From a virus: a stretch of 64,000 nucleotides of DNA. The notes beneath the pieces are model-generated. The model made no database searches, had not been told where the DNA came from, and worked only from the letters and a program-made list of their open reading frames with translations. Shown here one piece after another: positions 36,155 to 48,100 of the stretch. Where the stretch lies: the IMG/VR virus record IMGVR_UViG_3300006735_000001, positions 32,001 to 96,000 of that record, one strand, 5' to 3'. A program made the translations under genes and the position numbers. Position 1 is the stretch's first letter. The number at the start of each line of letters is the position of its first letter.

Positions 36155-39100
36155 TTATTTTTTTAATATACATTTTTTAACATCCTCAACATAGTCTTGT
36201 TCACTTTCATACTTCAAATTCTTATCATTAAACTTACCAATAAATTTCTTAAACGTTCCTGCTCCTTGAGCTCTCATAATTTTTCTATTTTCTGCACTAG
36301 GATTTATTGTGTCTGTCCAAAAATTATAAAGTACAGGATAGATCTCTTCCAAAGATAACTTTAATTCATTAAATAAACTAGTTTGTGGGTCAGTCATTTC
36401 TGGATTAGATGTATCCACATCTTCAATAGTATATGCTTGGCGCTCATCTTCTTCTACTGCTTCTGAGTTAGCACTAATTTGTTCTGCTAGTTTAGCAGTA
36501 TCTTCTATATTAGTTTCTTTTGCTTCAGGATCTAATTTAACTTTTATTCCAGAATCTTGCATTGGTGTTCCTTGGACAGCTGTAATATTACTATTCTGCT
36601 GTTTTAATGCCATTTCCTTTACTGCATTCTCATAGCTTGATATAGGAGCCATACTTTCTCCAGGCATTATATCACTAGATTTTTGATTTTCTGATCTATA
36701 TTTATTTAAATCATTTGTTGATATTAAATCACCAAACATAAAACCTATACCATTTTGTCTAGGAGAACCTTTAGTTGATTCAAGAGAATAAGTGACAGTC
36801 ATTTTTTTCTGTATATCTTGAACATCCCATTCTTCCATTGCCACTGCTCTACTAACTGTAGGTCCGTCTTCACCTTGTACTAAATAATTAAATGAATACA
36901 ATCTAGGGCCTCTGTAAAAACCTTTATCATTTCTTATAGGTTCAATACCAAGATCTCTATAATATTCTAACCAGTCAACAACTAATGATTGAGTACCTTC
37001 AGGAGTTATTTCAATAGAAACACCCACATCAGAACTACTCAAAGTAAATACTTTATCATTTGATGCAGCAGCAACAGTATATCCTTTTATAAATTCATTT
37101 ATTAAACTTCTTATATCCTGTCCAAACACAGTGTCTATAGATTGTTTACCTCTTAGTGCATCATTAACTGTATTTACATGTGATAAATATTTATTTAAAA
37201 TGTAAGGGTTTACAGCATCTAATAAAGTTCCATAACCAATCTGTAGACCATCTTTTACCATCATATAACTAACAAGATTCATTGCGTCTTGTCTAGTATT
37301 AGGTGACCCATATAATCTACTAAATCCATTTTGTAAGTCAACTTTCATTAGAGAGTTCATCACTCTAAAAGTATTTGCCTCAGCTAAATTAAGCCCTGAC
37401 TTACTGTTTTTAGAATCTGTAACTATTAAGAATCCATTTAAGAAATCATTATCAACTCCTTCTGGTGTTTCTTTTAATCTATTTACAATATCAACAATGT
37501 TTTCTTGTTTAGATGGATATAATATATCATTTGTTAGTCCTCCAACCACATGACTCTCATTCTCCATCATATTATTTCTATAACCTTTAATGGTTAAGTA
37601 TGATAATAAATCTAATGATATCTTGTCAAGCATCTCTTCATTGGTGGCTTGATTAGTTAAATCCATTTGATCAGCTATTAAACTCAATATCTCTTGAAAA
37701 TCTATAGATGATCTAAGAAATGTAGCAGGTAATAAATTATTAGTTAGTAAATTAAAACCTTCTATGTATGTACCATGCCATGTATTAGGACCAAAGACTT
37801 TATTTAGATTTATTGGTGCATCTTTATCAAAAAGCTTTTCAATTTGTTTTTTTCTTCTTGATATATTCTGCATTGATTTACCAAGACCTTTTGTTAATCC
37901 AGTAACTGCAGCCATATTGTTAGTAAACTCTTGTAGTCTACTTGCTTTTGCAAACTCTCTTAATATAGAAAGATCTACATCATAAAATTCTGCTGGATCT
38001 AAATTTTCATTATAATTTGCATTAATATAATCAGACATCATTTCTGAAGTCAACTTAGGAACTGAAGGCTTTTTGTCATCAAAAGTATTAAGAATAACAG
38101 CAAATGCTTTCTTTATTTCTTTATTTACTCTGTATGGTGAGTAGTTAGATTCTGATGCATTCTTATACACTTGTCTTATTGTTGGTGTATTTATTAATAG
38201 AATAATAGTTTCCATTGGCATACCCAAACTTAACATATTCATTGCTAAACTTGTAGCATGTTTGTTAAATCCTGCCTTTCCAACAAATCTATTAGTTGGA
38301 TTATCTACTGTCATACTTACAATAGCAGCTTTACCATCTTGATTTATTTTTGCTTGTTCAACAGATCCTGGGTCAAAACTATTATAAGTAATACCATCTA
38401 TTATAGGAGTAAATGTTTTATCAGTAATTTCACTTCCAGCCTCAACTAAATTACTAAGATATAAGTTAGGCAATACAGATGCCCCAATAGATGCCCCTTT
38501 GTTGTCTTGGAATGCAATTGCTTGACCTAAAAAACTACTTGGATCATAAGGTGTGTCAGCTCTTTTATCTCTAAAGTAATTGTTTGAATCTAATCCTATA
38601 ATTTTTTGTTCTTTTTCCTCAAGTAATTTAAGTGCAGCATTAATTGGCTCTTCTGAGGTTGGCGTGTAAGATATTGGGTTGTTCCCAGTTGTCATACTTT
38701 CATTACCTACTAAAGCAAACTTATAATCTAATAACTGATTGTTGAAGGGTGCCTCAAACGGATAACCATATTTTAGTTTGTATTCTGAATATTGTGCAGG
38801 AGATATAGGAAGTCCAAGTACAGCTAAAGCCTTTGCAGTATCTAATAGCATACCACCCCCCTGTTTGTCTATTGGGTCAGTAGCAATATCTATTACAGCT
38901 GAATCAGGTGAGCTATCTATTCTAGCATCTAATTCATTGTTACTATATAACTCAAATACTGATTGTAGCTGTGATCCCTTTGCTTTAACTAATCTATTAG
39001 AATATCTAACATACTCTAAATACTCTTCTCTTTTATTTTTAGTCTTTCCATACTCCTTGAATACACCATCTTGTACATAAAAATCTTTTATATGTGCAAA

Positions 39101-42100
39101 TGTTTTATCTCCATCATGATCTGAACCTGCAATTTCTATTAACTCTTGAGCATACATTCCAACTGAACCCATAGCTGTAGGCATAAAGTCTACTAATAAA
39201 GATGGTGTAGATGAATGAAAATCATCTGTAGGAATACGTACTGCAAATTGTCTAGCTATAACATTTGGAATAGGAGCATTAGTATTTTCTATAAGATCCC
39301 TTACTGAAGAATGATGAGCTGGCATTTGCATTTCCATAGCTCTTTCACCCGTGTAAGAATTAGGATTTTTAGGGTTACTATATACAGGCACCACTCTTAA
39401 TCTATCAAGTACTATATAACCTTTAGCTGGTATGTTACCAGGTGTTAAATCTTGTAAGTCTTTCTCTACAGTCAAACCTAATCTATCAAAAACTTTATCT
39501 CTAACAATTTCTGATCTAGTAGGTATTGTTTCTCCATTAACTATTTCTACATCATATACTCTTCTATATTTTTTTACCCCAAATGGTGAAACTAAAGTCA
39601 GCTTAACCATAGGTACTTTTTGAGAAAATACACCTTTAGCAAAATAATTTAAAAACAATTGTTCAAACTTAGGTGCAGTAATTGGGTTATTTAAATTATA
39701 ATTTTGTTTACCATCAACACTTGAAAAGAATTCTAATAAGTTAGTACTTGTCTTACCTGCTTTTAAACTCTTCTCAGCAAATTTTAAAAATGCTGCTAGC
39801 TTAGGAGTAATGTCTGTGTTATTAGATATATTAAAATCATTTACAGCACTTTCAAATTCATATATTAAATTTCTTTTATTATTAAAACTTAGTTTAAACT
39901 TTTTGGTCTTTACTTCATTGTATGCTGTTATGATTTGTTTTAAGTCTAAAGCATCACCGTTTAAATCTCTAAGTCCTGGTACTTTAGTCTTATAAAACTG
40001 AACTGGAATATTAGTAATTATTTCAGCTATCTGTGTTGGATCAGGACCTTCTAATTGATTTGAAGGTGTAATCTGCTGTAACCTCATATGTTTAGCAGAT
40101 AAAGTTGAGTGAGGAAGAACTTCCAATGCTCCTATATTATCATTTATATCACTCAGTGGTACAACTCTCATTTTTTCTGCCTTACTAGCACTCAATGGTC
40201 CAGCAACTGTAATAGTATCTTTACTAGCATCAATCTTTTCCATTGCTACTCTTAAGTTATGAAGCGTCAACATACCAGGTTTAGCCTCCCAAACTTGAGT
40301 TACTGGATTTAAATTAGAAGTGTATTCTTTAAATAGTGTAGTTATTGTAAATTTTAAATACTTTTGCCCATCAAAATATGCATACTTTTTAGAGTTAACC
40401 ATATCCTTGTCCTGTACTAGACCTATTGGGGTTTCTTCATTACCAAAATATACAGAAGACTGATATGATTCTGACAGCCCATCTTCCATAGCATCAAGTA
40501 ATTGAGCTTGTCCTGTACTTAAAGAATCAGTACCAAATTTTAAATGTCTAAATCCTTTAACAGTAGTATATCCTTGTGCATCAGCAATATCAATATTATT
40601 TTCTATTGGCTCTTCAAATAATATATAACTAATATCATCTGTTGTATGTAATATTCCTTTCTTAGTATCAATTACTTCTGAGTATGCTGGTGTACCCGCA
40701 TTGTTATTTCCTTTAGCTCTTTTAGTTATATCTGCAGAGCTTTTAAATAACCTTGCTTGATCACCATGTTGTGCTTCATTAAACGCAGCTGCATTTAACT
40801 TTTGATTAAAAAATATTTGTCTTAAGTTATATCTAGCATTTGTTGGTATTAGATTTAATGATTCTGAAGATTCATTTACATTGTTTCTACTTACACCTTC
40901 AGCAACCACTAGTCCATCTTTTACCTTTTTGGAAATTTCATCATATATATTTTCATCAATAAGATATTGAACATAATCACTATATTCATTATTCAATTGA
41001 GTTCTTATATCTTCTCTGATTTGACTTAATGTATAAGGTGTAAATTTAATAGCATCATCAAAACTAATAGTATTACGGGCTTGGCCTTGATCATAAGCTA
41101 CTTTAGATAATTCATTTTTAAATTCTTGACTAAGTAAAGTGGTATTATTAAAGAAGCTAAAGCCCCTCCCCCCTACATCATTATAACCTAACACTGTTTC
41201 TGTAGCTGTATCAATATTTGATTCTCTATTTATTCTAGTAAACTCATTTTTAATACCATCTAAGAATAAATCTAATGTCTCATCAGTTATGATTGCATTA
41301 GATCCTTCTACCGTTTTTATAACAGGTAATCCAATTAATTCAGAAGTATTAGATGCCTCCATTACTTTAGGAAATATAGGAGCAATAGCAGACTCATTAC
41401 CTTGACTGTCTATTACAGTATCTACTCTACCACTTTTAGTATTAAAGAATGCCGTATATAAATTAATTTGAGTTAATGAAAATTCTTTAGGTGAAAAGTT
41501 TCCATATGTTTGTGTTCTAAAGTAATCTGTATTATCAATAGATACTCCATCTTCTACATTACTTTCTGATAGTGCTCCAGAAGCAACTTTTGAACCTTCC
41601 ATTCTAAGCATTCTTATTTGTCTATCCTGACTCATTTTCTTAAATGCCTCGCTATTAAGTAAAAAATTCTGTTCCTTATATGGATCTGCTAGAAGATTAT
41701 TATAAAAGTCTATATTATTTAGATTATTGACAAACAATAAATTAAATGTAGGTTTCTGATGAGCATAAACAAGATCACCATTAGAATTTCTATGTATGGT
41801 TGCTCCAACTGTTTCATCAAAAGGTGCATTTGCTATAGATAGTTCTCTAAGTCTACCTAGTATACCACCTTTCTCATCAAAAATATCTTGGTTAGACTGC
41901 AGTTGCTCACTCAATAAAGACATTGTACTAAAGTCACTCCCTGTACCACTATCTTGAATTACTTTAGCATCTGAATATAGTTTCTTTAAAGACTTTTGTT
42001 TTTTTGTTTTTCCATTTCTATTTTGCAACAGACTTACTTTGATAAACAAACTGCTTAATTTAATTCCAACATTATCATACAAATCTTGTGAGTATGCTTT

Positions 42101-45100
42101 AGACATTTTATCTAATGCCTTATCTGTCATTTCATTAGAACCTTTTAGAGCTTTGTCAAAATCTTTTATTTGATTTATAACATTTGTGGTTTTATTAGAG
42201 TCTGCTCTTAATTTTCTTTTAGCAACATAATAAGCTTGTTGCCACCTGGTAAGTTGTGAATTAATATCATCTTTTTGAGATGCTGTATAAATTCTTACAT
42301 CTCCAGCTAATGATCTTTCTACAAATAAATAGTCTAGCCTTACATTAGTAAAGCCATTTATAAATGATTGAAGTAAGCTAGAGTTTTGTATTTCTGCCGG
42401 AAAGGATTCATCTGTTAATAATGATTCAGAACTATAACCAACATCATGTAAAAGCTTTCTAACTATAGCACCTCCCTGTACGTTATCTTCTCCAAAGAAA
42501 TACATACTCTTTAAAAAGTCAAGTGGATTAGTAATATTAGATGTAGATTTTAATATTGAATTAAATGCATCTACAAAATCTACAGGAACAATTATTCTTT
42601 CACCTTTAGTTAAATACTCATTTCCAAAGAAATCTTTTTCAGATACTGAAGTTAAAGCTATATATTTTCTTACATCAGAAGGAATAGCTTTTAAACCACC
42701 TATCAGTGATGCATCTAGATCATATTGTGATACAGTTCTAACTCCAACAGAATCTTCAACATTATCTATATTCTCTTCTTGAATGACAGATTTATCTGTT
42801 ATCATTTCAAGTAAATTATCCGCTTGCTCTATAATTAAAGTAGAATAGTTTAAAAATGCAGACTCAATTTGTTTTAACTTTTCCTTTTGTTCATCTGTCT
42901 TTAAATCATTGACTTCATTATTAGGACTATATAACCATTGATAATCATCTACTACTTCATCAAATATATCTTTAGGGTTATATGGTAACTCAGCTTTTGC
43001 TGATCTTGCCAGGTAGCTTGCCGCTATACCTCTGACTATCATATCAGCTATATTTCCATCTAAGTAATCAAAACCTTCTGTATCTTTAACAACTATCTTT
43101 TTAAAAGGCACCAATGCATTAGCAATTATAGGCCCGTCATTTAATACTGACTCAGTAAATTCATTACTCACTACTGATGCATTTTTATATTTACCTGCAT
43201 CAATATCTTCAAAAGTTCTTTGTAATTGTGAAGTAGTAAACCTATCTATAAAAGCTTTTATAAATTCAATTATTCTATTAAATAAAGATTTTACTTCTGT
43301 ATTTGTATTAGTATTCCTTGGATTTATTTTGAACTTATCAAACTCATCAGACATGTACTCTTCATAGTATAATTTTTCTAACTGCTTTCTACTCATATCA
43401 CTATAAGTATTTGCTGAGTTCTTAAATTTTTGTAGTTCTTTCTCAAAGCTTTTACCTTCAGCTCTAAGTTTTGCTCTTACTTCTTTTCTGGCTACAGATT
43501 GTAATCTCTTTTGTTGTTCTGGTGTAAGTAATAATCTATATACAGCATGAAAAGCTTCATGATATTTAAATGGATTTTGTGCTCCTGTATAAATTGTACC
43601 TTTTACATTTAATCCACCGGCTAAATCATTTAAATACATTTGAAAAGCACCTACCCTAACTCCTCCAGCTTTCATATTATCACCTAATACTGCTATGTCT
43701 TCTATGCTAATGAAGTCTGGTAATATTCTTTCAGCCTCCATCATAAAATCATTAATATTAACTATATCAAGATCATCAAATACTGGAGTAAATACACCAC
43801 TTAGAATTTTGTTAACTAACCCTTTATCTTGTCTATCTCTTTCTTTTAATAATTTCTGATACTCTTCATTTTTTTGTAAAGTTTTAAAATGATCTCTTGG
43901 TGCTACACCCTCTAACAAGGATACCTTTAACTCTTCAATTTGAATGTTGATATTATTTTGTTTAACAGGTAATCCTGGTTGCTTACCATCTCTAAACATT
44001 AGCCAGCTAGATTTATTATTTCCAACTTGTGGGATACTACCATCTAATCTATCTTGAATATAGTCAACTATAATACCCATTTTGTCCATAGAAAAATCAT
44101 AGTCTTTGGTTATTCTTTTCAGAACCATTTCTCTACCTTTTTCTAGTGTTATCTTTCCGTTCTTTATGCCTTTATCTATTGTCTTTATGTAACTCTCTAT
44201 AGATTTATCTTCTACAGCTTTTTCATCAGAATTTAAATATATGATATCACCATTGCTGTCTTTCCCTTTAGTCTTAGTTCCAAGAGGTTGGGTACTATTA
44301 CCTCTCCTTGCAGCACTTTTTGCTTCATATAACTGAGTAGTAAGGCTCTTAAATTTAGCTCTATTTTTATCAGAAACCTCTCCTGTAACAGGATCTCTTA
44401 AAGCTCGAATCTGTTTCTCAACAGTAGATACAACATCATCAAACTTTTGATTTGGATTAGTAGAAGCTGTTGTAGGATTAGGAGCAATAGCTACTTTCAT
44501 ATCAATAATCTCTGAATTAGTGTCGTATATACCTTGTTCTCTTAGAGAAAACTCTCCACCTCTTCTTTTGACTTCTGCTATTTGATCTAAGAATGCAACT
44601 GGTACAGGGACATTACCTTCAACCATATCAGTATATTCTGTCTCAGTTATATCTAGTACACTATTCTCTGCTTCATTACTAGTTCGTGCTGGAGTTTGTA
44701 ATACTGGTCCTATTGGTTTACCAGAATAAGGTTCAGTCATCTGAAAAGTCCCTGATGCATTTGCTGCATCTGGTACACCTCTACCAGCATCTATCCCTGC
44801 TGAGTTAGCATTTAATCTTACCTTCTGTCCTTTAAATACATTTGTTGCAGTTTTTGTTGTAGTCTTATCTAATATCTCATCATATGTAGCATCTTCAGGA
44901 AATCCTTTACTAAACTTAGCAGGGGTAATCACCACACCAGTAGATTCTATTTCTTCATTTAATCTACTAATTAATGTAACAAGTTTTGCTTCTACAGAAA
45001 TCTTAGGATCATTTACTTCATCTCTTGTTAATTTTGGTGTTTTTGTAGCTACATCTTTTTTATTATTTTTATCATACAATTGCATTTGTACTTCCCCATA

Positions 45101-48100
45101 TGGGTTTACTTGTATAGATACGGTATATCCACCTTTATTACTTTTAATAAATATGTCCCGTGCTATTTCATCATTAAATTTATTATTAAACGTAGAACTT
45201 TCTTGTTGAACCTTTGTTTTACCTTTGTTGTCTTCTTGCTTTTTTTCTGCTTGATCTATTAAATCAAAAGCTAACTGACTAAACTCATCAGATGTTAGTT
45301 GTTTTGCTTGCAATGTTGCAAAACCATATGTACCATTTGGTGCTTTAACAATTAAATAATATCTATCTGTTCCATTCAGTATTTTATCTTCATATATTTG
45401 TTGTGATTTTAATCCACTTACTGTATCATCTATTAGTTTTCTTCTTTCTTCTACTCCAAATTCAGGATCATTATCTACTGAAGTTATTTCATTTATACTT
45501 TTAAATTGACCTTTATTTCTTTTTACATCAAAGATAAAAGTGTCTCCTTCTTCATTTACAAATTGATATTCTAATTCAGATACTGGTTTAGGTACGTTAT
45601 CAAAATCTATTATAGCACCAGTCAGTACTGTTCTAATATCAAAATTAATCATGTCTTCAGAATCAAAAGAAATTGATATTTTATTATTATCACCTAATAG
45701 TTTTCCAGCTTGTGTTGCTATCAAAATATTAGTGGTAAACATATCTTGTACGCTTTGAACTAATTCATTATCTTGCATTCCTTCTGGAAAGGTTGCATTG
45801 TTAATTATATTTTTAACTTCTTTAATAGTAATATTTCTAGGGTCAAGACCTAAAGATTCTGGCGTAGGTTTGATTGCATAATTACCATTATCCACATATC
45901 CAAAAACCACCCCTTCTTCTAATGCTCCTAAGTTTTCTTTTTGTAACTTATCATTAACCTTATCCAATAAGATTAGAGGCAGACTAAACCCAATTTTATA
46001 AACTGATACAGCTTGAATTAATTGAGGGTTAGGTTTCTTTAAAGTTGGATTAGTAGGAATTACATATGGTCCTTTTATTTCACCTGATTTAGGATCTCTT
46101 TCAATAACTAAATTAAGTGTTTGTATTTCTTCAGCACTCAGACTACTAAGTATAACTGCTAATCTACGTTGTGCTCTACTAAATTTATCTGGTAATGATT
46201 GCTCATTGTCAAAAACACGTGGATAGATTTCTACATTTTTACCAAAATTTAATTTAGCAAAATCATCAGTCAAAGCTTGAACATCTCTTTCTTGAAGTGT
46301 ATATTCAGATCTAAAGTTACCTAAACCTACTGATCTCATTGGTTCTACATCAGCTGGATTTTTATCATTATCTTCTTTTTTTCTAAGGAGAATTCTTCCT
46401 TTATCACTCACCATTTTTGGTGTACTCTTAACTAACCACTCTTGTCCATCTCTATCTATTACAGTCTCACCTAAATGAATAGTATAACCATCAAATAAAT
46501 ATGCACTATCATCAGGCATTAGAGAGTCTAAATAATTTAATGCATCACTCGCACTATCCGCTGTATTATATATTCCAGCTATAAAACCTTTAAATTTTTT
46601 AGGTAAAAGACTAAGTACATCTTCTTTTAAAGGATTATTATTTTTATCTCTTAATTCAAAATATGGTTCAGGATCTATATCAACTTTAGTTACATCAAAC
46701 TTAGTACCTTGCATGAAAGGACCTTTACCTTCATTTGCTGGACGAGCAGTCTTAGAAACTGGTGCTCCATCTGAATCATCAATAATATCATTTAATGTTA
46801 ATCCTGCTTCTGATAATAATTTTTGTACAATGGGGTCTTCTATAGCCTCACGTGTCAATAAAAATTCTGCAAAGCCTTCTTCATTTGTAACTTGCCTTTC
46901 ACTTACAGTAATCTTAAAAGTGTTTCCTTCTGAATCTTTACTATCATAACCTTGTGCCCATACTTTTTTTATATTATTAAATGTTGTTTGAATAAGTTTT
47001 GCCTCTTCACTTGATCTCCATTTATTAAAACTATCTACTGGTTCGTTTTTGGAAGATGTTAGTGCTGCATATTTATTATAACTCCTATTTAATAAACTAT
47101 TAAGCATTGGTGTATTGTTTGGTTTTTTTAATACAACGCTTATACCCGCATCACTTAATATTTCTTCTTGTTCTTTATTAGTAACTTCACTAACCTCTGC
47201 TTCACTAACCTCAGCATCATTTTGTGCTTGATCAGACTTGCTAACCATACGGTTATAATTTGCTATAATAGCTTGAATTTTTAACCACTTAGCCTTATCA
47301 TTTGTAGCATTGATTTGACCATACTGAGTAAAGAAGTTTTTTAACACAGATGAATCTCCTGTCTGCAGGAACTCAGCTGATTCATCTCCAGCTACAACTA
47401 CATCTTCTTGAGACATTAGTTCATTAATTAACTTATTTGCTAACTGTATGTCAATATATTTTTCAAGATTCTTTTTTGTTGTTTCATAATTATTTTCAAA
47501 TCTTTCTTCTACTACTGATAATGTTCTATTATATATCTCATCAAAGTTTTCAGGCTTCATTAAATATAGTAAAGCTCTATTGTATATTCCTATGTTACCA
47601 TCTAAATATGTATAGTCTATAATATCTATTAGTGCTTTACGTACTTCTGTTGGATCTACAAAAGTTTGAGTTAACCCATCTTTCTGGGATTGACTTGCTA
47701 AAAATTGAACATAAGCTTGAAAAGGTTTTTCAATTGTTTTCATCTTACGTCTATCAAATGGCCCTTTACCATCCTTGGTTCTATTTTTTGGATTTATAAT
47801 AGTAGTAAAAAATTTAGCTATTAAATCAAGTTTTTTTGTTTTAAAGGCTAAATCTTTTTTTACCTTATCAGTTTGCTCTCCAGCCTTTAACAAACTTATT
47901 TCATCTGTTAAAATCTGCATTTCCTTTACTAAACTTTCTTTGCTAGTTAAAACTGTTAAATCACTAGCAGACATATTTTTAAATAGTGGTTCATTTTGTA
48001 ATCTACTATTGATAGATGCAGCTCTCTCAGCAGCTCTAACCATAGAGTTCTTGGTAAACATAAGAAGCATTCTTGAATGATCCCATGCTCTGCTTTGTAA

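Noticed and set aside
47180-47215. Short coding tandem repeats (AEVSEAEVSE; also GTQGTQG near 58085-58112)
   Set aside because: Two-copy low-complexity linkers; not CRISPR or DGR repeats
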